Below are positions 27,534 to 38,649 of a stretch of DNA of 64,000 nucleotides, piece after piece. Below the pieces are notes generated by a model. That model searched no databases. It was not told where the DNA came from and saw only the letters and a program-made list of their open reading frames with translations. Source of the stretch: an uncultured Bacillota bacterium (lineage in GTDB: Bacteria; Bacillota; DTU025; MWDF01); assembly GCA_963823655.1 (NCBI GenBank), contig CAWGMK010000013.1:192001-256000 (forward strand), written 5' to 3'. Both the position numbers and the translations under genes were made by a program. The stretch's first letter is position 1, and each line of letters begins with the position of its first letter.

Positions 27534-28376
27534 ATGGCGACTAAGAAAAAGACAAACCTAAGATTGATAGCGCAGGTTCTTTTCTTTCTGATAATCGCGG
27601 CAATAACGATAAACCATGGGCTAGCAGAGCAGCAGGCCGGTATTGAGGGTATTCCCGCGGCTTCAATCCATGCCGTTTGCCCGTTCGGCGGAGTTGTGAG
27701 CATTTACAGATTTGTTACGGCTGGCTCATATGTACAGAAGATACATGAGGCATCCTTTGCGCTCATGGTAATTGTCTTCTTCTCTGCAGTGCTCTTCGGC
27801 CCCATTTTCTGCGGTTGGGTCTGCCCGTTCGGAAGCTTCCAGGAATGGGTTGGGAAGCTTGGCAAGAAGATATTCAAACGTAGGTACAACACTTTCATCC
27901 CTTCGAAGATTGACAAGATTTTAGGGCTCCTTCGCTACGTTGTGCTTATATGGGTAGTATATGTCACTGCGGTAAGCGCCAAGCTGGTATTTGCAACATA
28001 CGATCCATACAACGCCCTGTTCTCGTTCTGGACATCTGAGGCGCAAGTCGCCGGCATAGTAGTGTTGCTGTTTGTGATTGCAGCCTCATTGTTCGTCGAA
28101 AGGCCATGGTGCAAATATGCTTGTCCTTACGGCGCGCTTCTCGGATTGACCAACTTCATAAGGCCCTTCTCGATCAGGCGCAATGCGAAGACGTGTATTT
28201 CCTGCGGAAAGTGCGACAAAGTGTGCCCTATGAACATTGAAGTATCGAAGTCCGGCAGCGTTAGAGATCCTCGCTGCATAAGCTGCCTCGAGTGCACATC
28301 TGAGGCCGCTTGCCCGATCAAAGAAACAGTTGAGCTTTCAATAGCAAAGCCGGGGAGGTCCGAACATGAAGCTTAA
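27534..28376 (+). CDS. Membrane 4Fe-4S binding protein (YccM/NapH-like)
   Basis: CPFG, FCGWVCPFG, WCKYACPYG, CISCGKCDKVCP, CISCLECT..ACP with TM helices. Confidence 0.88.
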   Translation: MATKKKTNLRLIAQVLFFLIIAAITINHGLAEQQAGIEGIPAASIHAVCPFGGVVSIYRFVTAGSYVQKIHEASFALMVIVFFSAVLFGPIFCGWVCPFGSFQEWVGKLGKKIFKRRYNTFIPSKIDKILGLLRYVVLIWVVYVTAVSAKLVFATYDPYNALFSFWTSEAQVAGIVVLLFVIAASLFVERPWCKYACPYGALLGLTNFIRPFSIRRNAKTCISCGKCDKVCPMNIEVSKSGSVRDPRCISCLECTSEAACPIKETVELSIAKPGRSEHEA

Positions 28377-29396
28377 TAAACTTGGGGCATTCATTGCCGT
28401 AATCGTAATAGTGCTCGGCGGGGCGCTGCTAGCAAACGCCCTGGGCCTTTTCGCAGTCGAGAGTGAGAAAGAAGCGGCTTTGATAAAGACCGGCGACTTC
28501 GCAGGGCTTGCCGATCCTAACGATATTAGAGGCTCATATTCCTTTGCGGATATAGAAACCAATTTCGGGGTTTCGCCCGAACTTCTCGCAAAGGCTTTCG
28601 CAATAGAGGGGACTCCGGCGGAGTTAGCTGCCTACCAGTGCAAAGGCCTAGAAGAGAAGTACATCGATGCGCCGGAAGAGATCGGCACATCCTCTGTGCG
28701 GCTATTTGTGGCGTTCCTGCTGGGCATGCCAGTGGAACTAGGGTCGTTCCTGCCTGAAAGCGCAGTAGAAGTGCTCTTCGAGAATGCAGCTTCACTGACA
28801 CCCGAAAGAGAGCAATACTTAAAAGAACATACAATAGTAATCGGAGATTCATCTTCTTTGGATACTGATCCAAGCACTGCACCGGCAACTTCGACAGCAC
28901 AAGCCGATCGGTGAAACAGTAGAGGAAACAGCCGAGGAGCAGCCCAAGCAAACAACAGTCGCAGCCGCAGTTCCTGTTAAATCAAGCGTTACAGTAGCAA
29001 CGCAAGAGAAGGCGACTGTTGCGGCACCGGTTGTTAGCAAAGAAGCTAAGAGCGGCTGTGCCATCCAATCCTGAACCTGTTCAAACAACTTCAACCACAA
29101 CACAAGCAGTAGAAACGGCAGGCGCTCCAGAGGCGAACGCCCCTGTTGCCGATGCTCCTGCAGTCGCAGCGACGGAAGAGCATGTGTCAAGCAAGGAAGT
29201 CGGCACAGTTAAAGGGAGCACTACCATTTTTGACATGATGAGCTGGGGCGTCAAGCGCGAGGACATCGGCCCTTCCGTTGGAATTGAACTCCCCTCCGAC
29301 AACGGAGCAAAGCTTAAGGATCTTATAACTGAAGCGGGCAAATCCTTCGATGAGTTGAAAATAATACTTCAGAAACTGGTTGATGAGGCCAAATAA
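28366..29396 (+). CDS. Membrane-anchored hypothetical protein with long Ala/Thr/Glu linker (two apparent frameshifts near 28909 and 29050)
   Basis: N-terminal TM helix; IRGSYSFADI..FGV domain, low-complexity linker, related VKGSTTIFDM..WGV domain; frames join into one gene. Confidence 0.65.
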
Positions 29397-29413
29397 GGAA
29401 GTGAACTTACCCT

Positions 29414-30106
29414 GTGTCGAGCAAGATTCTAATAGTCGAGGATGAAAGCCAGATAGCTGACATTATCATCGCCTACATGAAGCGCGATGGCTATGTAACT
29501 GAGTGGGCACGTGACGGAGCGGAGGGCCTGGAGAAGTTCAGGTCCTTCGCGCCTGATCTCGTTATTCTTGATCTTATGCTGCCGTTTATTAAAGGCGAGG
29601 AAGTGATCAGGCGCATAAGAGAAAGCTCCTCCCTTCCGGTCATAATGCTGACTGCAAAATCATCGGAAAGCGATATCGTATCCGGACTTGATCTGGGAGC
29701 AGACGATTACCTGCCTAAGCCATTCAGCCCCAGGGAGCTGTCTGCAAGGGTGAAGGCGCTTCTTAGAAGGTTCGAAGCCCTAAGCGCCGCAAAGCATAAG
29801 ATTATCAAACTCGGAGAGCTGAGCATCGACATCTCAAGGAAAGAAGTAGTGCGGGATGGGAGCCCAATCAAGCTGACGAAGAACGAGTATGTGCTGCTTG
29901 AAACCCTGATTCTCCACAAGGAGAGGACGCTTACCAGAGATGAGCTGATAAGCTCCGCATTGGGCAGCGACTTTGAAGGCTATGACCGGACCATCAATTC
30001 ACATATCAAGAACCTGAGAAAGAAGATTGCGGCGGAAGGCGACCAGACCGAATACATTGAGACAGTGCACGGCATAGGGTACAGGATAAGCGGAGGGCTT
30101 TTATGA
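29414..30106 (+). CDS. OmpR-family response regulator
   Basis: ILIVEDE, LDLMLP, GADDYLPKPF, IETVHGIGY. Confidence 0.95.
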   Translation: MSSKILIVEDESQIADIIIAYMKRDGYVTEWARDGAEGLEKFRSFAPDLVILDLMLPFIKGEEVIRRIRESSSLPVIMLTAKSSESDIVSGLDLGADDYLPKPFSPRELSARVKALLRRFEALSAAKHKIIKLGELSIDISRKEVVRDGSPIKLTKNEYVLLETLILHKERTLTRDELISSALGSDFEGYDRTINSHIKNLRKKIAAEGDQTEYIETVHGIGYRISGGLL

Positions 30107-31524
30107 GAATAGGGCTGAGGACAAAGGTCTCATTCATATACGCTCTGATAATTGCCCTTACAATAGGGGTCACTTACTTCGGCATAGACTACATGGTTAA
30201 GGAGACTTTCGGCGCCTATCTTGAAAAGAGGATAAAAGCTGAGCAGCAGGAGATCATAAATTCGCTGCCAAGCGCCTACAGTATCTTGGGCGGCTGGGAC
30301 ACCGAAAGGATTTTAAGCCTTGCCGAGAAGGCCGTGGGCAAGGGCATGACAATCGTCATTAGGGACGAGCAGGGGATCTATGTTGCTGGTACCGTCGGCT
30401 CAGGAATGGGCATGATGGGGCAAAGGCGCGGCCAGATGATGGGGGTGAGGGCCAATCCCTACATAACTGCCGATGTCCTGCCAATAACAGTGGATGACGT
30501 GGTTGTAGGCACGGCGGAGGTCGCATATCAGAACATATACCTTACAGATGCAGATACGGAGTTCCTGCTGAAATTCAACCGTTTCCTTGTTTACTCAGGC
30601 CTGGCCCTTGCGGCCTTATCGATATTGATGGCGATAGCTTTTGCCGACAGCATAAGCCGGCCGATAATCAAAGTCCTGGACATGGCAGGAAGGCTCGGCA
30701 AGGGAAATTATAAAGACAAGATCGAGGCGGCAAGCAGCACGCGGGAGATTGCGCAGCTTTACGAGGGCATGAATACGCTTGCTGACGAGATGAGCGGCCA
30801 GGAAGCCCTCAGAAGGCGCATGGCCGGGGATATTTCCCACGAAATAAAAACTCCGCTCACAATCATGAAGGCGCACCTTGAGGCAATGGCGGACGGTGTT
30901 GTGCCGCTCGAGAGGGAGAACCTTGCGGCAAGCCTTTCGGAACTCGACAGGCTATCCGAGATGACCAGCATGCTGGATAAGATAACGCGCATTGAAAGCG
31001 GGATTGAGGCCTTGGCTATTGGAAGCTGCGAAATCAAAGAATTGGTCAAAACGGCCTCTGAGGCAATGAAACCGCTCTTCGAGGCGAAAGGAATATCCTT
31101 CTCGACTAATCTTGAGGACTCCGAGAGGCAGATGCTTCTGGACTGCGAGAAGATTCGCAGGGCGCTAGACAACCTGCTTATGAACGCGATGAAATATACT
31201 GAAGCCGGCGGCAGCGTAGATGTCGCGTTAGAGTACTCCGAATCTGAAACCGCGATCCTTGTTACGGATACCGGCATGGGCATAGACGCGAAAGACCTTC
31301 CGTTCATTTTCGACAGGCTGTACAGGGCCGATAAATCAAGGGACAGGAAGACGGGGGGCGCCGGCATAGGCCTCTCGCTTGCCAAGAGCATCGTGGAAGC
31401 ACATGGCGGAAAGCTTTCCGTGGAGAGTGAGAAAGGGACAGGTAGCTGCTTCAGGATCAGCCTTCCGCACTCTTCTGAGCACTCACATTATCACTCATTG
31501 GAGGAATGTAAGATTTCCCTTTGA
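30103..31524 (+). CDS. HAMP-domain sensor histidine kinase (BaeS-like)
   Basis: Two TM helices, ISHEIKTPL H-box, NLLMNAMKY, DTGMGI, GAGIGL. Confidence 0.94.
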   Translation: MRIGLRTKVSFIYALIIALTIGVTYFGIDYMVKETFGAYLEKRIKAEQQEIINSLPSAYSILGGWDTERILSLAEKAVGKGMTIVIRDEQGIYVAGTVGSGMGMMGQRRGQMMGVRANPYITADVLPITVDDVVVGTAEVAYQNIYLTDADTEFLLKFNRFLVYSGLALAALSILMAIAFADSISRPIIKVLDMAGRLGKGNYKDKIEAASSTREIAQLYEGMNTLADEMSGQEALRRRMAGDISHEIKTPLTIMKAHLEAMADGVVPLERENLAASLSELDRLSEMTSMLDKITRIESGIEALAIGSCEIKELVKTASEAMKPLFEAKGISFSTNLEDSERQMLLDCEKIRRALDNLLMNAMKYTEAGGSVDVALEYSESETAILVTDTGMGIDAKDLPFIFDRLYRADKSRDRKTGGAGIGLSLAKSIVEAHGGKLSVESEKGTGSCFRISLPHSSEHSHYHSLEECKISL

Positions 31525-31550
31525 CGAACCCCTGTTCAATTATCTATAAT
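31521..31550 (+). promoter_or_regulatory. Promoter of tRNA-CAT
   Basis: TTGACG-18 bp-TATAAT 7 bp upstream of the tRNA. Confidence 0.6.
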
Positions 31551-31557
31551 ATGCATT

Positions 31558-31632
<75 letters not shown>

Positions 31633-31776
31633 TTAGGTGGATTGTGGGGCGGCGTCTTGTGGCGCCGCTTTATTCTATCTAAAATAGAGTAAAGAAGGAT
31701 TCAAGTCTCATTGGTAGAAGTAGTACATGGTAAAGCTCTTGCTGAGTTATACAATCTTCTCGGAAGGTGGACGCTA

Positions 31777-31962
31777 ATGAAAAGGATCCGATGCGACACG
31801 TGCGGAAGGTTCATACCGAAGGAACGGCTTGAAGCCCTGCCCGGAACCCACAGGTGTATCGAATGTGCCAGAAGACTTGGCACTGACGTACAGGGGAAGA
31901 AGGCCGATATCAGTATGGACCCCGATACATACAAGGATCTTCTGGGAGCCACCAGGAGCTAA
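31777..31962 (+). CDS. Small TraR/DksA C4-type zinc finger protein
   Basis: CDTCGRFIPKERLEALPGTHRCIECA; AAGGTGG RBS. Confidence 0.8.
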   Translation: MKRIRCDTCGRFIPKERLEALPGTHRCIECARRLGTDVQGKKADISMDPDTYKDLLGATRS

Positions 31963-31975
31963 GAAAGATAAGCAT

Positions 31976-32309
31976 TGCAAGCAATCCGGATGGCCGCGGG
32001 CTTAACGCCTGAGGAAAGTCCGAGCTCCATAGGGCAGGGTGCCGGGTAACGCCCGGTGAGGGCGACCTCAAGGAAAGTGCAACAGAAAACAAACCGCCTT
32101 TAACAAGGCAAGGATGAAACGGTGCGGTAAGAGCGCACCAGCGCACAGGCAACTGTGCGGCTTGGTAAACCCCACCCGGAGAAAGATCGAATAGGAGGGG
32201 CATAGGGCTGCCCGCCTTTCCCTCGGGTCGATCGCTTGAGCAGCGTGGCGACACGTTGCCTAGATGGATGGCCACCCAAGACAGAACTCGGCTTACAGGA
32301 TTGCTTGCA
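31976..32309 (+). ncRNA. rnpB: RNase P RNA, type A
   Basis: GAGGAAAGTCCGAGC, AGTGCAACAGAAAAC, GGTAAACCCCAC, ACAGAACTCGGCTTA; terminal helix TGCAAGCAATCC/GGATTGCTTGCA. Confidence 0.96.
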
Positions 32310-32346
32310 TATTTTAGTAGATCATTACTATCTAGGAGGGTTCGGA

Positions 32347-32508
32347 ATGAAGAGATGGATTTGCGACGTATGTGGCTATGTTTACGATCCGGCAAAAGGG
32401 GATCTGGGGCAGGGTGTAAAGCCAGGCACACCTTTCGAAGCTTTGCCCGAGGATTGGGTCTGCCCGGATTGCGGAGTAGGCAAAGATAGTTTCAGCCCTG
32501 AGGACTAA
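32347..32508 (+). CDS. Rubredoxin
   Basis: [11 protein letters not shown]...[10 protein letters not shown]; AGGAGG RBS. Confidence 0.95.
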   Translation: MKRWICDVCGYVYDPAKGDLGQGVKPGTPFEALPEDWVCPDCGVGKDSFSPED

Positions 32509-32535
32509 GTATATAGGCAAGAATTTTTAGGAGGT

Positions 32536-33078
32536 ATGGAAATGGGAAAATTCGAAGACAGCAAAACCTATCAGAATCTCCTCGCGGCTTTCGCGGGCGA
32601 GAGCCAGGCAAGGAATAAGTACACATACTGGGCATCCGTGGCAAAAAAGGAAGGCCTGGAACAGATAATGGGCTACTTCATCGAAACCGCCGACAATGAA
32701 ATGGAGCATGCGAAGCGTTTCGCGAAGTTCCTCGGGCTTATAGGAACGACAACTGTTAACCTAAAGCACGCTGCAGAAGGCGAGCATTACGAGCACACGA
32801 AGATGTATCCCGAGTTCGCAAAGATCGCAAAAGAAGAGGGCTACAACGATATCGCATATGTCTTCACAGAGATAGGCGAAGTCGAAGAGGCGCATGAGAA
32901 GCGCTATTTGAAGCTTCTCTCCAACATCGAAGACGGAAACGTATTCAAGAAGGGCAAGGAAGTCTTCTGGAAGTGCCGTAACTGCGGCTATATCCACTTT
33001 GGTACCAGCGCACCAACTGCTTGCCCCGCTTGCGCCCATCCCCAGTCTTACTATGAGGTCCTTTGCGAGAATTATTAA
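32536..33078 (+). CDS. rbr: Rubrerythrin
   Basis: AFAGESQARNKY, ExEH di-iron motifs, C-terminal CRNCGY...CPAC. Confidence 0.95.
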   Translation: MEMGKFEDSKTYQNLLAAFAGESQARNKYTYWASVAKKEGLEQIMGYFIETADNEMEHAKRFAKFLGLIGTTTVNLKHAAEGEHYEHTKMYPEFAKIAKEEGYNDIAYVFTEIGEVEEAHEKRYLKLLSNIEDGNVFKKGKEVFWKCRNCGYIHFGTSAPTACPACAHPQSYYEVLCENY

Positions 33079-33094
33079 TCCTGGAGGTGCTAAA

Positions 33095-33424
33095 ATGTAC
33101 CGTTGCGGAGTTTGCGGATACGTATATGAAGGGGAGGATGCACCGGACAATTGTCCCAAGTGCGGAGCCCCGAAAGAGAAGTTCACAAAGCTGACAGATG
33201 CCGAAGTGGCATTGATTGAAAGGTCAAGGTATACAAATGACCTTCACATTCAGCTGATTAGGCTTATGGAAAAGGCGATTACCCTTGCAGAGATGGGTAT
33301 AGAGGATGATCTCGACCCGCCGTGCGTAACGCTTTTCAAGAACGCAAAGAAACAGTGCGAGATAATATCCATGAGCAGCAGGACAGAAATTCGCGGTCAC
33401 GTCTCGAAGGGCAAGTGGCAATAG
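33095..33424 (+). CDS. Rubredoxin-like domain protein
   Basis: CGVCGYVYEG..APDNCPKCGAPKEKF plus helical C-terminal domain; GGAGG RBS. Confidence 0.85.
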   Translation: MYRCGVCGYVYEGEDAPDNCPKCGAPKEKFTKLTDAEVALIERSRYTNDLHIQLIRLMEKAITLAEMGIEDDLDPPCVTLFKNAKKQCEIISMSSRTEIRGHVSKGKWQ

Positions 33425-33431
33425 GACTATT

Positions 33432-33464
33432 GGGGGACGGCCGTAGGTTGTCCCCCCTTCTTTT
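33432..33464 (+). terminator. Terminator after the rubredoxin cluster
   Basis: GGGGGACGGCC-GTA-GGTTGTCCCCC then TTCTTTT. Confidence 0.7.
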
Positions 33465-33469
33465 AAGGG

Positions 33470-34150
33470 GTGGTCAGCTTGTCTTCGGCATCTGTTAAGA
33501 CTTGCATCATTTTCGCGGGATGTGAGGAAGACCTGTCATTTCCGGCTGAAAGCTTAAGGGCTCGTTCGGAGCTGGTAGTGTGCGCCGACGGAGGTTTGCG
33601 CCTCTGTCACCAAGCCGGCATGAAGGCGGACATAGCGGTGGGGGACTTTGATTCTGCAAGCCCCGAGACGATCGAAAAGGCTAAGTCCGAGGGCACGAAA
33701 TTCTACGAATATCCCGCCGAGAAGGATGAGACCGATCTTGATCTGGCGCTAAAGATCGCCTTCAGGCTGGGCGCGAAGAGGTGTTTTGTTTTCGGAGCGC
33801 TGGGCGGTAGGCTGGATCATGAGCTAACGAACATACTTATGCTGAAGAGATATGCCTCCATGGGTATGAATATCACCCTGAGCGGCCTGGGAAATTCCGT
33901 TGAGATATTGACACATGAGTTCCCATGCAAGTTCGAAGGCAGGAGCGCTTGCAGCCTTTCATTGATTCCTTTGTCTGACATTGTGACGGGCATCAGTACT
34001 TCAGGGATGAAGTATGAGCTGCATGACGAGGACATGGCGTCTGGCAGCAGCAGGGGAGTATCGAACATCGTAATCGCTGAAGTGGCGTTGATAAGCTGCG
34101 TGTCGGGCGAGGCTGCGATAATTACCAGTTCCGAATGCGCAATGGGCTAA
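33470..34150 (+). CDS. thiN: Thiamine pyrophosphokinase
   Basis: CADGG, VGDFDS, EKDETD, GGRLDH, GVSN. Confidence 0.92.
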   Translation: MVSLSSASVKTCIIFAGCEEDLSFPAESLRARSELVVCADGGLRLCHQAGMKADIAVGDFDSASPETIEKAKSEGTKFYEYPAEKDETDLDLALKIAFRLGAKRCFVFGALGGRLDHELTNILMLKRYASMGMNITLSGLGNSVEILTHEFPCKFEGRSACSLSLIPLSDIVTGISTSGMKYELHDEDMASGSSRGVSNIVIAEVALISCVSGEAAIITSSECAMG

Positions 34151-34191
34151 TCGCTTGACTTGAAGGTGGATGTATAGTTTAATCAATTCAT

Positions 34192-34430
34192 GAAATGCAT
34201 TGACGGGGAAGAGTAGCGCCAATTCGCCATCAAGAGAGCGGGGCAAGGTGGGAACCCGTATGGAAGAAGGCTCGAAAATCACCCCTGAGCAGCAGGCTGA
34301 ACTAGAGTAGGCCGTGCCGGAGATCCACCGTTACGAGGATGGGGCATAACTCGTGCCTTAAGTGGGCCTTAAAGGCCAATTTGGGTGGTACCGCGGGTTC
34401 AGCCCGTCCCATTTGAGGACGGGTTTTTTA
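34192..34430 (+). promoter_or_regulatory. T-box riboswitch, Ile specifier
   Basis: AGTA, AGAGA, GGTGGGA stem I motifs; specifier ATC at 34278-34280; TGGGTGGTACCGCG T-box; terminator CCCGTCC/GGACGGG-TTTTTT. Confidence 0.93.
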
Positions 34431-34452
34431 TATCCTGCTGGAGGTAGTATCA

Positions 34453-37400
34453 ATGTTCAAGAAGGTAAGCACGGAAGTTAATTTTCCGGCGGTCGAAAAA
34501 AGGGTGCTCGACTTCTGGAGGGAGAAGGAAATATTCCAAAAGAGCATAGATAACAGGGAGGGGAAACCTTCCTTCGTATTCTATGAAGGTCCGCCTACGG
34601 CTAACGGTAAACCCCATCCGGGCCATGTACTGACACGGGCAATCAAAGACGTAGTCTTGAGATACAAAACCATGGAAGGTTACCTGGTAAACCGCAAAGG
34701 CGGCTGGGACACTCACGGCCTTCCCGTTGAGCTTGAGGTGGAAAAGCAGCTCGGGATAAGCGGCAAGCCGGACATCGAGAAGTACGGAGTGGAGAAGTTC
34801 ATAGCCAGATGCAAAGAAAGCGTCTGGAAGTACCTGAAAGAGTGGACTGACATCACCGAACGCATAGGCTTCTGGGTCGATACTGACGATCCGTACGTAA
34901 CCTACCATGACAACTATATCGAGTCAGTATGGTGGGCAGTCAAGACGATATTCGACAAAGGGCTGATGTATAAGGGGCATAAAGTAGTACCTTACTGTCC
35001 TAGGTGCGGCACCGCTCTGTCAAGCCACGAGGTGGCGCAGGGCTACAAGGATGTCAAGGACACTTCGGTATACGTAAAAATGAAGAAGTCGGATGAGCCC
35101 GACACTTACTTCCTGGTATGGACTACTACACCATGGACTTTGCCATCGAACGTTGCGCTTGCGATAGCGAAGGACGCCGAGTATTCATATGTAAAGACGG
35201 AAGGCGGAAGCCTGATCCTCGCAAGCCAGCTTGTTGAGAAGATGGGCCTGGTTGCGGCCGACACGACTAAGAAGGTGAGCGGCTCAGCCCTGATTGGCAG
35301 CACATATGAGCCCCTGTATTCCTTCGTCAAAGTGGACAAGCCCGCCTACAGGGTTGTGGCCGGGGACTTCGTGACGCTAACCGACGGCACAGGCATAGTC
35401 CATATAGCGCCCGCTTTCGGCGAAGATGACAGCAAGGTCGGCAAGGAAAACGACCTGCCCGTGATACAAGTAGTGGACCTCCAGGGGAAGTTTGATGAGA
35501 ATGTAACCCCCTGGAAGGGCGTGTTCGTTAAAGATGCAGATCCGAGGATAATGGAGGAGCTGGCATCAAGAGGGCTGCTGTTCAAGCAGGAGGAATATCT
35601 GCACAGCTACCCGTTCTGCTGGAGATGCGATACCCCTCTTTTGTATTACGCGCGCGCCTCATGGTTCATCTCGATGTCTCAGCTTCGCGACAAGCTGCTG
35701 AAGAACAACCAGAACATCAACTGGTTCCCGGAGCATATAAAAGAGGGCCGCTTCGGCAACTTCCTGGAAAATGTTATAGACTGGGCAGTATCAAGGGAGC
35801 GTTACTGGGGAACGCCCCTGCCGATATGGGTTTGCGAATCCTGCGGCAACCAGACGGCAATAGGGAGCAAGCAACAGCTCGAGGAGATGGCGATCGGAGA
35901 GATTGACCTGCCGGAACTTCACCGCCCGTACATCGACGCAGTAAAGATAAAGTGCCCTAAGTGCGGTTCTGAGTCGAAGAGGACTCCTGAGGTAATGGAT
36001 TGCTGGTTTGATTCCGGATCCATGCCGTTTGCGCAGTGGCACTATCCCTTCGAGAACAAGGAGATCTTCGAAAAGGCCTTTCCGGCGGACTTCATAACTG
36101 AAGCGATAGACCAGACAAGGGGCTGGTTCTATACGCTGGTGGCGATATCCACGCTCCTGTTCGACAAGGAGCCATTCAAGAATTGCGTCGTAATGGGGCT
36201 TGTGTTGGACGAAAACGGCCAGAAGATGTCCAAGAGCAAGGGAAATGTTGTTGACACCTGGGGAATATTGGACAAGCAGGGCGCCGATGCGATGCGATGG
36301 TACCTGTACACGACCAATCCTCCGTGGAACCCGACAAGGTTCTACGAGGAGGGGATCACGGACGCCATAAGGAAATACATGGGCACCTTGTGGAATGTGT
36401 ATTCATTCTTCGTGCTCTACGCCAACATAGATGAGTACAGGCCCGCTGACCATTATGTGCCGTTATCGCAAAGGGCCGACATAGACCGCTGGATAATTTC
36501 GAAGCTGAACAACACGACGGCGAAAATAAGAAGCGATATGGATAAAGTTCAATATCACAGACGGGGGCAAGGCCCTGGAAGGTTTCGTTGATGAGCTATC
36601 CAACTGGTATGTGAGGCGCTCCAGAAGGCGTTACTGGGGTTCGGAATGGACTTTGGATAAAGAGGCAGCATTCATAACGCTTTATGAGGTTCTTGTCGAG
36701 CTGTCCAAGCTTACCGCGCCGTTTACGCCTTTCGTGGCTGAGGAGATCTACAGCAACCTCGTCGGCTCGCTTGGAGAAGAAGGGGCCCCCGAGAGCGTCC
36801 ATCTGTGCGACTACCCGGTCAAGGACGATTCCAAGGTGGATATGGACCTTGAGAGGAAGATGGACCTTGCAGAGCAGGTTGTCTACATGGGAAGGCTTGC
36901 CAGGAACACGGTGAACATAAAAAACAGGCAGCCCCTGGACAGGATACTGTTCGAGACCTCGGACTCTCAGGAGAAGGCCGATATATCCGACCTTGCGGAG
37001 CTTATAGAAGATGAGCTCAATGTGAAAAATGTTGAGTTCGCAGAAGATTTGGCAGGTTTCGCTACCTACAAGCTGAAGCCGAGGTTCGATCTGCTTGGCA
37101 AGAAGCTTGGGCCAAGAATGAAAGCGCTTGCCGCAGCAGTTGCCGCATCAAGCGAGGAGACTGCGGCCAAGGCCGCCGAAGGCAAGCAGGTTGCATTCAT
37201 GCTAGAAGACGGAGAAATTCAACTAGACGCTTCTGAGCTAATCGTTGAGACCATACAGAAGCCGGGCTGGTGCGCAGTGTCCAACAAGGGGCGGAAGGCC
37301 GCACTGTCCACAGAGATAACCGAAGAGCTAAGGCTGGAGGGCTTCTTAAGGGAGCTTCTCAACAAGATACAAAACTCGAGGAAAGACGCCGGCTTCCAGA

Positions 37401-37591
37401 TTGAAGACAGGATCAGGACAATGCTGTACGGTGGAGAGATGACAGAGAAGGCTTATGCGAAATTCTCGAAATACATAATGGATGAAACCCTCTCGGAACA
37501 GCTGGAGCTGGGCAACTTCGAGGCGGAATTCAGCAAGGAATGGGAAGTCAATGATGAACTCGTCAAGATCTCAATCTCAAGGTTACGCTGA
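34453..37591 (+). CDS. ileS: Isoleucine--tRNA ligase, type 2 (apparent +1 insertion near 36545)
   Basis: YEGPPTANGKPHPGH, GWDTHGLP, WTTTPWTLP, KMSKS; C-terminal IQNSRKDAGFQIEDRI with no Zn finger; Ile T-box upstream. Confidence 0.95.
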
Positions 37592-38412
37592 TTTACATAC
37601 CCACAGCATACATTCGGACGGTCATGACAGACCGTCCGATGTCCTGCTAAAGGCCAAAGCCGCCGGCCTTGCCGGCCTTGCGTTGACCGATCATGATACT
37701 TTAGCAGGCATAGATGAAGCAAAAGCTAAAGCCATTGAACTAGGGATGCAGTTTATGACCGGCGTCGAACTGTCGACTACTCACAAAGACAAGGAAGTCC
37801 ATGTGCTTGGATACTTCCCTGACGAACCTACCGAGTCATTCAAAGACATGCTTGCAGAGATGTCGATGCTCAGGATCGGGCGAATGAAGCGGATGATAGC
37901 CAAGCTGAATGCACTGGGCTGTCCCATAGAAGAGGAGTACGTGTTCTCGTTGCCGGCAGGCGGCATAATTGGCAGAGCGCACCTGTTCAGGGCCATCAGG
38001 GACAGATTTTCAGGCGAATTCAATGCCAGGGCTGACAAATGGCTGAACATCGGAGGATGCGGCGTTCGAACCTACGTCCGATATGTCTCCGGCAGATGCC
38101 ATATCCTATATTCGAGGCTCAAAGGGTGTCGCTGTGTTGGCTCATCCCGGCACATCGGGCGCGGACCCTTTCCTTGAGGATCTCGCAGCCGCGGGGCTTA
38201 TGGGAATCGAGGCGATCTATCCGAAGCATGACAGGTCCTCGACATCCAGGTACAAGAAGTTCGCGAAAGCCCATGGGCTTCTTGTAACAGGCGGCTCGGA
38301 TTGGCATGGCGAGTTCGAAGGTTCAGTGCTATATCACTCAGGCTCGGTGGGCGCCGCCAAAGTGCCGGTAGAAGTGATGGATCAGATTAGAGAAGCAGCT
38401 ATTGGGGCATAA
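37551..38412 (+). CDS. PHP-domain phosphoesterase (TrpH/YciV-like; apparent +1 insertion near 38062)
   Basis: DLHTHSIHSDG, LTDHDT, GVELS, HVLGY, LAHP, TGGSDWHG across two frames. Confidence 0.85.
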
Positions 38413-38445
38413 AGAAAGGAAGGGCTCGCGCCCTTCCTCAGATTT
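38413..38445. terminator. Hairpin between convergent PHP and rpmB genes
   Basis: AGGAAGGGC-TCGC-GCCCTTCCT. Confidence 0.6.
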
Positions 38446-38457
38446 TTGGACTCCTAA

Positions 38458-38649
38458 TTAGCTTGCGCGCACTACCTTTCCGGATTTAAGGCAGTTTGTG
38501 CAGACTCTGATGCGCTTAGGACTACCGTTGACGATGGCTTTGACAGTTTGCAGGTTAGGTAGCCATCTACGCCTGGTATGTACCTCGGAATTGCTTATGT
38601 TGTTTCCGTATACGGGCCCCTTATTGCATACCTCGCAGACTTTTGACAT
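38458..38649 (-). CDS. rpmB: 50S ribosomal protein L28
   Basis: [19 protein letters not shown]...[10 protein letters not shown]...[11 protein letters not shown]. Confidence 0.95.
   Translation of the reverse strand: MSKVCEVCNKGPVYGNNISNSEVHTRRRWLPNLQTVKAIVNGSPKRIRVCTNCLKSGKVVRAS

Noticed and set aside
31910-32431. 173-aa minus-strand ORF
   Set aside because: It is the antisense of RNase P RNA and rubredoxin, a common spurious call.
32347-33424. Rubredoxin-rubrerythrin cluster as a novel system
   Set aside because: A well-known oxidative-stress module of anaerobes.
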